A stretch of DNA of 55,566 nucleotides, filler included, from Trypethelium eluteriae (lineage: Eukaryota), in NCBI GenBank assembly GCA_051942245.1. It is 2 parts of 2 records of this genome, joined end to end, with 100 filler letters (N's around TTAATTAATTAA, not from the genome) between each part and the next. Parts side by side here need not be neighbours in the genome. Positions count along the whole stretch, not along the records: positions 1 to 27,735 come from JAVECL010000324.1; 1 more part is not named here. One strand, given 5' to 3'. Shown piece by piece: positions 13,129 to 26,486 of the stretch. Both the position numbers and the translations under genes were made by a program. How positions within the stretch are numbered: the first letter of the stretch is position 1; each line of letters begins with the position of its first letter. A model generated the notes under the pieces. The model worked only from the letters and a program-made list of their open reading frames with translations, was not told the DNA's origin and did no database searches.

Positions 13129-14609
13129 TTATCGGAAGCCTGATGGAAATGAGAAGGTCGATGCTGGAATGCCTAACATCTCTAGCGGCCAACGCATCAT
13201 TGTCTGCCATTCAGGTGGCAGCAATCCATAGATCTCCATCACCTCCCTATAAGCAGTGTCTTTGATCCACCAGATGTTTTCGAATTGTTTTATGAGCGCA
13301 TAATAATGTGCAATTACCACGAGAGCCCTCGGTTCACCATCCCTCAAGAGTTCGATAAAGCGGTCCGACAGCATTGGACTGAATCCCATGATGCGTCTAG
13401 CTAATGTTCCTTCGGGCTCACTAGCCTGAGATGCATGATAGATGGCCCCGATATGACTAAGTGCTTCACTATAGGCACGTTCAATTTCGTCGTCCCATGC
13501 CTCGGACTCCCAATCTTGGCGTTCAGGAACGCGAGGGTCCAGCAGATGTTTGAAGGGCTCTGCAATGATATCAGCAGGATATATGAGCCTATTATCTTTT
13601 GGATCGAAGGTGATGGATTCAAGCAGTGCTTCGATATAATGAGGAATTGTCTTAACGATCAGTCCTGCTATCGACTCCGGATTGTTTACGACCCAGGTCC
13701 ATGCTCGCCGAAACGTACGACCACCACTGTTGGCTGAGATGACCCTCAGAGGGAGCGATACTATCGTGGATCCCTCATGCTGAGGGCGGAAGGTTAGGAT
13801 GGAAATAAGTGTGCAACTCAAAATCACAGAATCAGCGTTAGACGCAGTAAGAGACGCGACGGCGAGGTCTTGTTCCTCGAAGCAACGGGAGCAATATTGA
13901 TGGAAGGCTCTCTTGAACTCATCTCGCTCTGGGTATGTATCCGCGAGATGGAACGCTGCAAAAGCGAAGATAGAATACAGTAGATTTTTATGATTATACT
14001 CGAGAGCAAAGATGGGTATCCTGTTTGCCCATGCTTGGTAGATTTGATCAATGTTTGCTCCTGGTAGGGTCTTACACGTTACGGTTGAAAACTGGTGGAA
14101 TAGCCGCAGCTCAAGAAGATGGCACGACTCGTCAAGTTTTCCTTCAAAAACTGGGGTTGAAGAGTCTGAGTTGTCCTGGCGCCGCCGCGAGCTTTCGGGA
14201 GTCCCTGAATCAGCTGATTTTGATGACCTCTTCCTTGTAGATGTTTTCTTAGAATTCGATTTCAAGGCTTTCTCAACTGGCCATTCGCAGGAGACATTGT
14301 GGCGCGTGCAAGGTGTACAAACCGGATGGTTCTCATCACACTATTGATCGATCAGAGAAATCCAAGTGGAATGCTTCGTTATGCCAGCATATGAGGAGTT
14401 AGTTTAGGAAGTGTACAGATGGCTGGGATGATGGATGTTGGGTATCATTATTGAATAGGGGGCAGTGTCTTCAGAAGGCATGAGGTTACCTTAATCCGAC
14501 GAGCTTTACATCGTAAACATCCTCGCCTTGATTTCTTGTGAGATAGTCGAGGGCGTCCCGGAACTCTCGAGCCTTGACTGTTTCCACTGTTGTCGGGAGG
14601 GTTGGACAT
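13129..14609 (-). CDS. Zn(II)2Cys6 transcription factor, Upc2/sterol-uptake-like family; intron ~14342-14490 splits the Zn cluster
   Basis: Exon 1 HKKSRRGCLRCKARRIK joins exon 2 CDENHPVCTPCTRHNVSCEW; ELRLFHQF motif and C-terminal RALVVIAHY...WW. Confidence 0.88.
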
Positions 14610-15073
14610 GATTGCCAATTGGGCTCCTTCCTACACGTAATCACCGAATACTCGTCAAATTGATTGCTTCGACCAGCAGCACTTTATGATTTAATAAGAA
14701 CATTGTATCTTGAAAGCCTTGCGGGGCTCAACTTCTCGAAGTCACGAGCTCGCAACGATTACGGGGAGGAAGTCTTTTCGTCTGACGCCTGCGTCTAAAG
14801 AAAGCCTTGAGATCTTCAGCTCCGGTCAGCGGGGACACGAGGGAGCGGAGGGAGACGTACGTAGACTGCACTAGCCAGAGTCTTGGCGCCGTCAGGGCCC
14901 CGCATAGGCAAAATCAAAACAACACGGACTTTCATCATCCTCCACTTGAGTCTCACCAGATGTATCCGGCAAAAACTTGCGAAATCATACACAGCTTGAC
15001 CACACTGACTTCTGGAACTACGCGCTCCGTTCTACACAAGAGGGAAATCACCTTATCGCATTAAGCGAAGACT

Positions 15074-15802
15074 ATGGAAACAGAGTCTGCTCATAGAAGA
15101 ATCGAGCTTCAATCCACGGCAGATTTGCACTACCTTCGATCCAATGCTAGGAGAGCCGCGAGAGGAATAATCGATCTACATTTACCTCCCACTGCTGCTC
15201 TCGAAGGAGGCGAAGAAGAAGATGAGCTGAGAAGAGGAGTGGAGAGTCTCGTCGAACAATACATCAAGAACACTTTCTTGTCCGCCCGGCACAGTATTAG
15301 CATCAACGGGTTGGAACCGAGCGCTACGGAGCGGGTATTTTTTGAGGATGAGCCTCAGGCAGGTGATGGTATCTGCTACTCTTTGGACACAGGTCATTTC
15401 TCCAACGCATTGTACTTACAGGCTTTCAATTCAGAAGCATACGAGCCATACGACACCCGTCTCGCGTCACGGCTAACGACTCTGGCGAATACGCACAACG
15501 AACTGATTCTTTCGCTTGCAAATTTACGACGCACGGCACCCGCTCAGGCTGCGCGATCCTTCCAAACCAACTACGAAGCGCATTCCTCCGGACTTAATTC
15601 CCTGACCAAAGCTGAAACTGAAAGGTTGAATAAGCAGAGCAATGACTATGAGCTAAACATTGGCAAGCTGGAGAGGTGGGACGATGTAGAAAAGACATAT
15701 GAAAGGGGCACACAGGGTCTTTTAGATTTGAAGAGCGGTTTGACAGAGACCGTGGCGAGGTGTGAAAGGGCTGTCGAAGCTGCAAACGAGGTGGAGAGGT
15801 GA
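15074..15802 (+). CDS. Kinetochore Mis12-complex subunit Mis14/Nsl1-like
   Basis: HRRIELQSTADLHYL, IDLHLPP, ISINGLE, YEPYDTRL, LANLRR motifs recalled as typical of fungal Mis14; probable 66-nt intron 15369-15434. Confidence 0.75.
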   Translation: METESAHRRIELQSTADLHYLRSNARRAARGIIDLHLPPTAALEGGEEEDELRRGVESLVEQYIKNTFLSARHSISINGLEPSATERVFFEDEPQAGDGICYSLDTGHFSNALYLQAFNSEAYEPYDTRLASRLTTLANTHNELILSLANLRRTAPAQAARSFQTNYEAHSSGLNSLTKAETERLNKQSNDYELNIGKLERWDDVEKTYERGTQGLLDLKSGLTETVARCERAVEAANEVER

Positions 15803-16173
15803 TGAGGGCAAGTTTTCACGTTTCGATACCCATTTCGTGTGTGCATGGCGTCTTGATTATGGTATGGGTCCTCTACATTGGGCTTTTAAGCAGGACTTCT
15901 GTTCGCTTATTTAATTCCAGACGTACATTACCCTAAAATTTGGGACAGGGGATCATGAAGTATTCTCCGTCGCGGCTCGACATCCACTAAGTGAATGAAT
16001 CATGCGAGTTTGATTTGTCATTGTTCAAGCAATTCGTACACAGCAGAGTAGGCAAGGCGCTCGAGCTAAATATAAGACCTTCACCAGTCTGCGAAATTGT
16101 CAAGGCGTTCTGCAGATATCAGAAGGGCCGATTGGATAGCCCATCGATTTCGATGATCCGTACAGCAGAACGT

Positions 16174-16799
<626 letters not shown>

Positions 16800-17679
16800 T
16801 CAATGTTGGAAAAGTTGTCATGGCTCACCTAGACAATAGATTGTCTTCCTCAGTCGATGCACAGTGGCAAGCAAAGTGAGCTTGTGGGACGAGAGAAATG
16901 GAATTGTGCGTTGTGGGCGTGCGCACGGGCACTCGTTATTAGGTAATCGGACAGGTCGGGATAATCGGGTGCAGCGAGCGCTTCCGCATGGCGCTTAGTC
17001 CAGGCGCTAGCGTCGCCTAGGCAAAACGAACCGGTTGCTCGGTGAGATCTTCTGTTGACGCTAAAAAGCTCCACCAAGATTGAGACTCATCTAACTCATC
17101 TATCGCATCTGAACCTTCCGTACCACCTTCAAACTACTTGAACTCGAAGCACAACACTTCTTACAAGAGTCTGAGACCACAGCTCTCACCTCTACTCACA
17201 AGCTTGCTACTACCCACTCCCAGCCTCCTGAATATTTTTCTGCCGGTCTCGCAGGAGACCAGTGTTTGAGACGCCTTCACCGCAGGCCTTTGGGCCCAAC
17301 CACCTATATTTCAATTTCTTTGTGAACTCAAAGCTAGGACTGAAGACAAGCTAAGCAACTTCATCGCCCGGCGGACGCAGCTTGCGCTGCGCGAGGTACG
17401 TTCTCAATTCCACCAGAAATATCCCCTTCCATAAATCCAGACTCCAAGATAGTGAGCATTCGTTCGTTTTTCGCAAAAGATATCAAGACGTTTTACGTGT
17501 CTCGGGCACCAATCGCGAGATATGTGCAGGAACTGTGCATAGGTCATAAAGCTAGTCTTGTTCTTCAATCGTCGCAGCCGCGGAAAGTCCAATATACTGA
17601 CACCACATTCAGTTACGGTCAAGGAGGCATTGAGCCTGCCTCCGTCAAGCCATAATCCGGACTCGACTTGCATTCCAAA

Positions 17680-19716
17680 ATGCTGTCACCCACATCCTCC
17701 AGTGTCCAAGACCGACGGAAACAACATCGACGACAAAATTCGACCCCAGCCATTTTCGAAGCATGCAAAGTAAAGGCACTTCCGATTTTAGCGACTCGCC
17801 AAACGCAACATCGACGAGGACAGAGCTTCGATCAGGCAACAATTCCGGACTTTCGACCATTTCCACAGGACACCCAGTCAATGGTAAGTATGACTAACCC
17901 AGGATACCAACAAGACGAACAGCAACCGTACATGCAAGTAGCGCAGCAGCACAGCATGGCCCAGCCGGGCCTCTACCAGCAATTGGAGAATTATTCATTT
18001 CAGCAACAGCAAAATCTGCAGCAGACTCCACTTGAACTTTCCCAACATTCATATTCTCAAGTGGCGGAACTGCAACAGGAGCAATGCTTTGACAATGGCA
18101 GCGTGCCAGATATATTGCAAACTCATAGCGACGATGAACGCGAACAGGCGCGAAAGGAGATCGTCGACCGCATTGAGGAGTTTAATAAGCGATTTGGCAA
18201 TGATGCGCCGTCGAATCTACCAAAGACTCCACCAGGAACGGCTGCCCTACCGACACCACCAAACACGATCCAGAAGCCTGTTCGGACGAGCCTAGATGTC
18301 GCACCAATGCCAGTCTTTACCGACGCGCCTGCTTATGCCTTCCCGGCGACGACAGCCGATGCCACCAACTCTCTTACAGTCCCAAGCAGCGACAATGGCT
18401 ACCAGTCTTCCTATCAATCGTCCGCCTGCGACCCGATGTCTCCTACTCGCTCATCAGTAATACATCAAACTCCTCCTATGCCCCCTCTTTTCGAAGAACC
18501 TACAATCCCTACCGACTCTCAGCTTTCATTCCCAGAGCACAGCACGCTCCTGGAATCATCATCCCGAACGGCTCTCGATTTGGGAATCTGCTTCTCATCC
18601 ACCCACGGACCTCTTTCGCCCCGCTCTGCTCTTGTGCAGAACCCAGATCTCAATGCCTCAATTGAAGCGACTGGTATCAAACCCGAGGAAGTGCAAGCCT
18701 TCATCAGCGAGCAAGACCCGACCGACGGCAAATGGACCTGCTTATACGAGGATTGTGCCAAGAAGTTTGGACGCCGAGAAAACATCAAGTCGCACGTTCA
18801 GACTCACCTTGGCGACCGACAGTTCAAATGCAATGAGTGCCAGAAATGCTTTGTCCGTCAACATGACCTCAAGCGGCATGCCAAGATTCACTCGGGAGAT
18901 AAGCCTCACATATGCCTCTGCGGCAATGGCTTTGCTCGCCATGATGCTCTGACTAGACATCGCCAACGAGGCGTCTGCATCGGCGCGCTCCCCGGTTGCT
19001 TCAAACGCGACGTCAAGCGCGGAAGACCCAAGAAGCCGCGACCTGAGATGCAACAGCGCGTTGACAAGGCCAACCGAGCTCGCAAACTTGACAGCCTCGT
19101 GGAGACTGACGCAGGCTACAATTCATCATCCATTTCAGGTTCGGATGGATCGCAAATCTCTGATGTGATGACTCCGCCTGATTCCAATATCTTCGACTCG
19201 ACTCATTATATCGATATGCAAGGTTTCGATGACGAATACGCCATTTTCCCGACACCAGTGGAAGACACGCCGCCTACCTCGCCGTTCGGGTCTACACCAG
19301 CAAAAAGCAACGAGAGCTATGACATTACTTCGACGTCTAATGGATTTGAGAGTCTGTCAATGACTGCGGAAGCCATCTCTCCAGCCGTGCTCACCACCTC
19401 ATCACCATCCTCTCAGCCGGCAAGCTCATCTCCACCACAGGTCCAGGCTCACAGCAGTGACCTCTCAAACAACGATCACAGTTCACCGATGCACGCTTCA
19501 GCCGAGGAGCCTCCTTCTAACGAGTCCTCAGCAACAAGCACGCCGTCACCAAACTTCGATGAAGATTTCGAGAATACGATGCGTGAATTCACCAAGGACA
19601 CCAATTTCAACGACGCCATGCTATTCAATTCGGACAACTTGGTCTTTGGAAGCGACTTCAACGCCGAAGCAGCCCTCGAAGCGAACTTGAACGAGTGGCT
19701 TCGGAATGTGTCTTGA
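17680..19716 (+). CDS. ACE2: C2H2 zinc-finger transcription factor, Ace2/Swi5 family
   Basis: WTCLYEDCAKKFGRRENIKSHVQTHLGDRQFKCNECQKCFVRQHDLKRHAKIHSGDKPHICLCGNGFARHDALTRH, followed by KRGRPKK; N-terminal HRRQNS/HRRGQS motifs. Confidence 0.85.
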   Translation: MLSPTSSSVQDRRKQHRRQNSTPAIFEACKVKALPILATRQTQHRRGQSFDQATIPDFRPFPQDTQSMVSMTNPGYQQDEQQPYMQVAQQHSMAQPGLYQQLENYSFQQQQNLQQTPLELSQHSYSQVAELQQEQCFDNGSVPDILQTHSDDEREQARKEIVDRIEEFNKRFGNDAPSNLPKTPPGTAALPTPPNTIQKPVRTSLDVAPMPVFTDAPAYAFPATTADATNSLTVPSSDNGYQSSYQSSACDPMSPTRSSVIHQTPPMPPLFEEPTIPTDSQLSFPEHSTLLESSSRTALDLGICFSSTHGPLSPRSALVQNPDLNASIEATGIKPEEVQAFISEQDPTDGKWTCLYEDCAKKFGRRENIKSHVQTHLGDRQFKCNECQKCFVRQHDLKRHAKIHSGDKPHICLCGNGFARHDALTRHRQRGVCIGALPGCFKRDVKRGRPKKPRPEMQQRVDKANRARKLDSLVETDAGYNSSSISGSDGSQISDVMTPPDSNIFDSTHYIDMQGFDDEYAIFPTPVEDTPPTSPFGSTPAKSNESYDITSTSNGFESLSMTAEAISPAVLTTSSPSSQPASSSPPQVQAHSSDLSNNDHSSPMHASAEEPPSNESSATSTPSPNFDEDFENTMREFTKDTNFNDAMLFNSDNLVFGSDFNAEAALEANLNEWLRNVS

Positions 19717-21140
19717 AGGATCGACGAAGGAAATATGTGAATGCGGGAAAGAGAAGACAAGAAGACTCGTGGACCTATGGCACGGGCATGAGGGATGAGG
19801 GATGAGGCGTTCTGGAATTGGTGCGCAATTGAAACTGGGGTAGGATTTTATGGGAATTTGTGTAACAACAGTCACGGCAGACATGACGGATTTTAATCTC
19901 TGACAGACCACAGCGGTCAAGCGTCTTTGGGTTGTACGCTGGCTTTTGTCCTATCGATATTTCTGACAATTGGACATGAGAGGGACGCCGATGAATTTTT
20001 TTACAGTCATTACCTCACTCAGCTAGTTTGTCTTCAAGCAGTTAGTCCAAGCTGTGTAGGACTGGAACGGCAATAGCACCAAGTATTACGTACAACACAT
20101 TGTTCAGAAGAGGATTTACCTGTACAGCGGGAGGACTAAATCGTGTAGCTGAAAATAGAGTGATAAAAACGAGTCAATGGATGAGAAGTTAGGCACGGTA
20201 CTCTTAGCCACGAAGGGCTAGTCTCGCATAACATGATCAGTAAGCGGTTAGAAAGATGTACCCGGTTCGCACTTTGAAGCTGAAGGCGCGACCAGCAGCG
20301 GCCAATAAAGAGGTCTGGGGTACGAGGCTTGGATGTGTGAGTTGCGTGCCAGGGTGGCTGGGCGGCTGGGACCGCCGATTCCAACAGTTCGCTCCGACAA
20401 TGCTGGTACATACGCAATTTGTTTCAGAAAGCCGACGACGTACGCACTCCACTCCACTCCACAGAAAACAGCGTTCAAAGCTAAGACGTGGCTGGATAAG
20501 CCAGACACCGTTGCGTCCCTGACTCCCCCTTCGATTCGGCATTGCGCGTGAAATGATGGAGTTAATGTGATGAAAGACTTAGACTTTTTAGTGAAATTAT
20601 TCGATCGTCGTCAGTCGGGGTGTGCCTGATTCCGAGCGCCGAATCATCTTGACGGCTGAGCAAATCAACGAGCGCTCAACCACGGGAAATTACACTTCGG
20701 CACAGCAACCAGCTCATTTGACCCTTTTAACATCATATCGTTTTCTTCCCTCCATACACTCATCCGACTGACCCTCGCTTGTTCTCCTGCAGGCTCGAAT
20801 CCCTTGGTGCCGCCCTAGTAGCGGTCCCACCTCTGCCTCTCTCTCAGCGCCGTTGGTTGCGTGCGGTAGCTTGGCTGAGCCGCCGTTCCTTTCCACTTTC
20901 CGTCCGCATCCGCCACAAACTGCTCGACTCCTGCTCCTACTCTTACTCTTCTTCACCACCATCCTCCCTCCCTCTCTCTCTCCCAGGCTTGCGAACAACT
21001 CCGACGCACACTGACAAGCAGTCTATGATCTACTCCGCAACCCGACGTCGCGTGATCAACTTTTAATCTCCGTCTAATCGGCGCTACGATCGCGCGACCT
21101 ACTCTCTTCTAGTCATTTACGACAGAACTACACTCGAGCG

Positions 21141-22646
21141 ATGGGAATAGCGACATACCAGTCCTTGCGGGACGATGCAACCCACTTCGTGTTCTCCAAA
21201 GCAAAACTGCCTCTCCCGTGGCCTTCATTACCCGTTCTCGTACCTCACAGGATACGACGGAGGTTACGGTCAAAGTTGCACACTCGGAAATCTCCCACGT
21301 CTAGTATCGCATCGCTGCAAACGTCTCTCTCCCCGGCCGACACCATTCGATCATTACGGCAACATCAATGGTCATTTTACGATGGACAATATCTCTTCAT
21401 GGCAGTTTTAGGAATCTTCTCCCTATGCATAATGCAAGCCCCGGGTCCTTTCACCAAGACTCTCGTGGCCACCCTCCTGCTTACATCACTCATAATACCC
21501 ATCACTCGCCAGTTCTTCCTGCCGTTTCTTCCAATAGCTACCTGGCTGATACTATTTTATGCCTGCCAGTAAGTTTATCTGCGATTTCGCCCCAGTTTTG
21601 CGGCCCCCATTCCCCTCGCAACCCCCCGCATCCTAATCCGGACACTTTGCGAATGGACACTAAACTGTTGATCTACAGATTCGTATCCGGCGATTATCGA
21701 CCTCCCATATGGGTTCGAGTTCTCCCTGCCCTGGAAAACATATTTTACGGAGCAAACCTGAGCAATATTCTCTCAGCGCACAGACACGTTGTGCTGGATG
21801 TCTTAGCCTGGATACCGTATGGACTGACACATTTTGGCGCCCCATTTGTCTGCTCGGCCATCATGTTTGTCTTTGGACCTCCAGGAACCGTTCCTACTTT
21901 TGCAAGGACTTTTGGATACATGAACCTTGCTGGGGTTACTATACAGCTTCTATTCCCGTGCTCAGCTCCATGGTATGAAAACATGTACGGTCTTGCGCCG
22001 GCTAACTACAGTATGCCGGGCTCTCCCGCTGGACTGGCTGCAATCGACAAGCTTTTGGGTATTGACATGTATACATCGAGTTTCACGGCCTCGCCCTTGG
22101 TCTTCGGAGCATTTCCGTCGCTGCATGCGGGAAATGCTACACTTGAAGCACTTTTCATGAGTCATGTCTTCCCCAGGCTCAAACCCCTATTCGTCGCTTA
22201 TGCGCTCTGGATTTGCTGGGCCACAATGTACCTGTCCCATCATTACGCTGTTGATCTGGTAGCAGGCAGCTTGCGTAAGTCTCATCCATGCTGTGTCACG
22301 TGTACGTTCCGCCACTAACAAAGCTGTAGTTGCTTGCATCGCATTCTTCATTTCGAAGACGCATTTCATCCCAAGGATACAGCTAGACAAAATGTTTCGA
22401 TGGGATTATGATTACACCGAGGTCGGCGAATCCAATGACAGTTATGCGTATGGTCTGACTAGTCTGGACGACTTCCCTACTGCTCCATTTGACAGCGATG
22501 AATGGACAATTGGATCCTCCTCATCGTTCTCTTCCGGGCTGCGAAGTCCCTCTACTGGAGTTAGGAGCCCAACTGATGAATATTCACCAAACTTGTGGGA
22601 AGGCGACACCTTAGCGTCCACCTCCGACACCGAAGCTCAGCGTTAG
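21141..22646 (+). CDS. AUR1: Inositol phosphorylceramide synthase catalytic subunit (aureobasidin resistance protein), 3 exons
   Basis: RQFFLPFLPI, RPPIWVRVLPALE, YGLTHFGAPF, APWYE, FGAFPSLH, TMYLSHHYAVDL PAP2-like motifs. Confidence 0.95.
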
Positions 22647-23967
22647 TGGCAACATTCATTTCCGACGATAAACTTGTGAGCTGCGTTTGGATCGCTATTA
22701 ATCCGCATTATATATCTGTCAATACTGTGGGCACGGAGCACTTCTACTCGCTTACGCACCTCACGATTTCCTGGCATGGCATGGCGTTGATGACAGCATT
22801 TCAGCGACAGCATTTACCGCATCGTTGATATCATTTTCCTGGTGGAGGCTTTCTTGACTCTCGCTTCCACAGCTCGGGGTGACAAAAGTCTGCACCTCTT
22901 TTTCAACTTTCTTGAAGGCCGGTCCGTTCTCAAATTCCACCATAAGTCCACACCCCACAACTCTACGACTCCGACATACTTGGACCTGGTCTTCTAAATT
23001 CTGTACATTCGCTTCTCTTTGACATGGTCTTTTTTTTTCTGGCTGAATACCCACTGTCGCTTCTGTTCCGTTTAGAGAGCAAAAGTAAGACGCTCGCTTG
23101 CATTCATACTATACCGGTCCGCTTGGACTCCTTGTCTTCCAAAGACTCATAGATTGGGGGAGTCGGCGATTGTACATAATAGTTCATTTATCCAGCGCAT
23201 TGCATTCTTCGGTCTTGCTGGCCATTTGGATAGCGAAGGAGCTTTTGATTGGTGGGTGGAGATCTGGCTACGTGCTTTTGGGAGTTCTTTAGAGAAAAGC
23301 TGGAAGGCAGAGAGGCTAGCTGAGCGCGTGTTTGACAGAGCATTGAAAGTGTACGGAGAGGACGTGGGAGCTATATTGATAATGCTTAATGGATGATTTA
23401 TCTTCCAGCTAAGAGCACTTGCTTTTTCATCAGAGTAAACTGTGAAATTTGGTTACCGCAATTGGTAATTGCTGAGCAGGTTTGACTGCGGTTAGCAACA
23501 TCCGGTACCTGCAGGGTTGCGTGGCTAATAGCATGCGCCACAAACAAGCTTGGAAAGTGAACACATGGCGAAGAAATATGCCAACCCTCTCACCCACTCT
23601 CTTCCTTTACGTTGAGCTCCTATGATGTCTTCCTTTTGTTAACCTTCCCTCGGATTTTTGTTGGGATTTAGCGAGCCTGCTGCCTTGACCTCAAATTCAG
23701 ACTTTGCCTGCACTCTGTACGACCATTAAATCTGCCTGACATCATTCACAGCTAAAGGAATCAGGTTACTGCTTAGGCATTCTTCGAACCCGTCGCGTGT
23801 AAATCGGGTGTTCCTCTCAGCCTTCTTCACTCGTAGCCTATCTTTCGACAAATTCACTACGTTGAAGCTTCCTTCGTTCAGCCGTAGTAGCTCTACAAAG
23901 CCTCTCCTACAGGCTACAGTTCACTCTTTGAGCAATTGCCAAGCACCGGGCTCGCCTCGTAGCGCCG

Positions 23968-26448
23968 ATGTCTGAATCTCAGAGACCTGGTATCGACCGC
24001 CAAATCTCTATACATCCTGCCCTACGCGAAGAGGTCACAAAAGTTCCTGTCACACCGGGCGTGCTACCAGAAGGTCAATCTGCCTACACCGAATTCAGAC
24101 GACCCGACTCTGCCCGCTCTCAAAATACTCCACTATCTGGCTCCACACCTGGACCGCCATGGACCGGCTTTCCATACTCGAGTCGAGATGCTGAGGGAAG
24201 ACCAACTTCTCCTACTGAAGTTGCTGCTGGCGCAAGGTCAGGAGAGGAGCTGCTACGGAGGCTTAGCTTGTCAGAACCCCCGAGAAGGGAGAGGGATTCT
24301 TTCTCAGTTGATCCTCGATCGACATATGACGGTCTCAATTTGAGTGGAGGCATCATTACAGCTACATTCTGCGTTCCTTATAGCATTAGACATTCGCCTG
24401 GCCGTGATTGGGTATGTACATGGTTCTGTGTAAGTTTGGTAACCTCATGCTGATGTCACGTACAGGAACTAGGGTCTCGGCGAGGGACTTCTGCACTGTT
24501 CGACTCGTTTTCCTACCTTGCCTCTGCCGACTCACCGTGGAACCATACTCTAGTCGGCTGGACAGGGGAGGTTGAAAAAGCAGATGCACCATCAGTTCAA
24601 GAAAGCCCCAACGCAACGTCCATAAATGTGACAGCTCTGAATAAGGCATCCGCACCGGTTCCGCTCGATGCTCACACGCCAGTGCCAGAACCTGGACAGA
24701 CAGCAAGCATCAGAGTATCCAAAGCAGACCGAGATCGACTGGAAGCACAGCTTGACCAGGAACATGGGGGCAAGGTCGTCCCGGTTTGGCTTGCAGATGA
24801 GACGGAAAGAGAGAAAGATGTAGTCGTGCTCAAGGATCAAGCCAGGTGGCGCAAGTACGCCGAGTATGAGCTATACACGATGTTTCACTACAGGCAAAAC
24901 CAGCCGAACGATGGTCGTGCCACACGCAAGGCATGGGCCGACTACTACCGCATGAACAAGATTTTTGCAGACAGGATCTTGGAGATCTATAAGCCGGGCG
25001 ACATCGTCATCATTCATGACTACTATCTTCTTCTGCTACCAAGTTTACTTCGCCAACGACTGCCTAACGTCTACATTGGTTTCTTCCTCCACATTCCGTT
25101 CCCGAGCAGTGAGTTTTATCGCTGCCTCAGCCGCCGGAAAGAGATCCTTGAGGGCGTTTTGGGAGCGAATATGATCGGGTTTCAAGCATTCAGTTACTCG
25201 CGTCATTTCGCCTCTTGCTGTACCCGCGTACTTGGCTTTGACTCGTCCTCAGCAGGGGTCGATGCATACGGCGCTCATGTCGCAGTCGACGTGTTCCCCA
25301 TCGGCATTCATGCTAAGGAAACTCAGCGTGCTGCCTTCGAAGACCCCCAGGTGGAAGAGAAGATTGCTGGCATTCGGGAACTCTATCAAGGGAAAAAGAT
25401 CGTGGTTGGACGAGACCGTCTTGACTCTGTCCGTGGTGTGGCTCAGAAGCTACAGGCGTTTGAGGTCTTCCTCGAGCAGTACCCCGAATGGCGCGATAAA
25501 GTGGTCTTAATCCAAGTCACCAGTCCAACCGGTTCCGTAAGCAGCAATGACGAGGCGGAAGACAACAAGACCGCCAATAAGATCTCCGACCTGGTAACGA
25601 GGATCAATGGCAAATACGGCTCCATCAACTTCTCCCCAGTACAACACTTCCCCCAATATTTATCCAAAGACGAGTACTTCGCACTCCTCCGCGTCGCCGA
25701 CGTCGGCCTCATCACCAGCGTCCGCGACGGCATGAACACCACCAGCCTCGAATACATCGTATGCCAAAAAGACAACCACGGTCCGCTGATCCTCTCCGAA
25801 TTCTCCGGCACCGCCGGCAGCCTGGCCAGCGCGCTGCACATCAACCCATGGGACCTCGGGGGCGTCGCAGCCGCCATCCACCAAGCGCTGACGATGCCCG
25901 CGAGCGAGCGCGCAGAGACGCAGCGACGGCACTACCGACACGTGACGACGCACACGGTGCAGGCGTGGACGCACCAGTATCTGCGCCGGCTGCTGACGAA
26001 CCTCGCCTCCTTCGACCAGTCGTTCGCGACGCCCTGCCTCGACCGCGCCAAGCTGCTCGCCCAGTACCGCGCCGCGAAGAAGCGGCTCTTCATGTTCGAC
26101 TACGATGGCACGCTGACGCCGATCGTGAAAGACCCGCAGAGCGCGATTCCCTCGGATCGCGTGATCCGCACGATCAAGCGGCTCGCGTCGGATCCACGCA
26201 ATAGTGTGTGGATTATTAGTGGTCGGGACCAGGCGTTTTTGGATGAGTGGATGGGGCATATTAGTGAGTTGGGGCTGAGCGCGGAGCATGGGAGTTTTAT
26301 GCGGAAGCCGGGGAGGGAGGAGTGGGAGGATCTGACGAGGGAGATTGATATGGGGTGGAGGGAGAAGGTGATGAAGGTGTTTTATGAGTGGTCGGAGAAG
26401 ACGCAAGGTACGTCTATGCATCATGGCTATCTCTTTCCCCAAAAGACC

Positions 26449-26486
<38 letters not shown>

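Noticed and set aside
9701..14609. PhzF + FMO + Zn2Cys6 factor as a biosynthetic gene cluster
   Set aside because: No backbone enzyme or transporter; the FMO looks like the conserved FMO1 type and PhzF homologs are common stand-alone genes.
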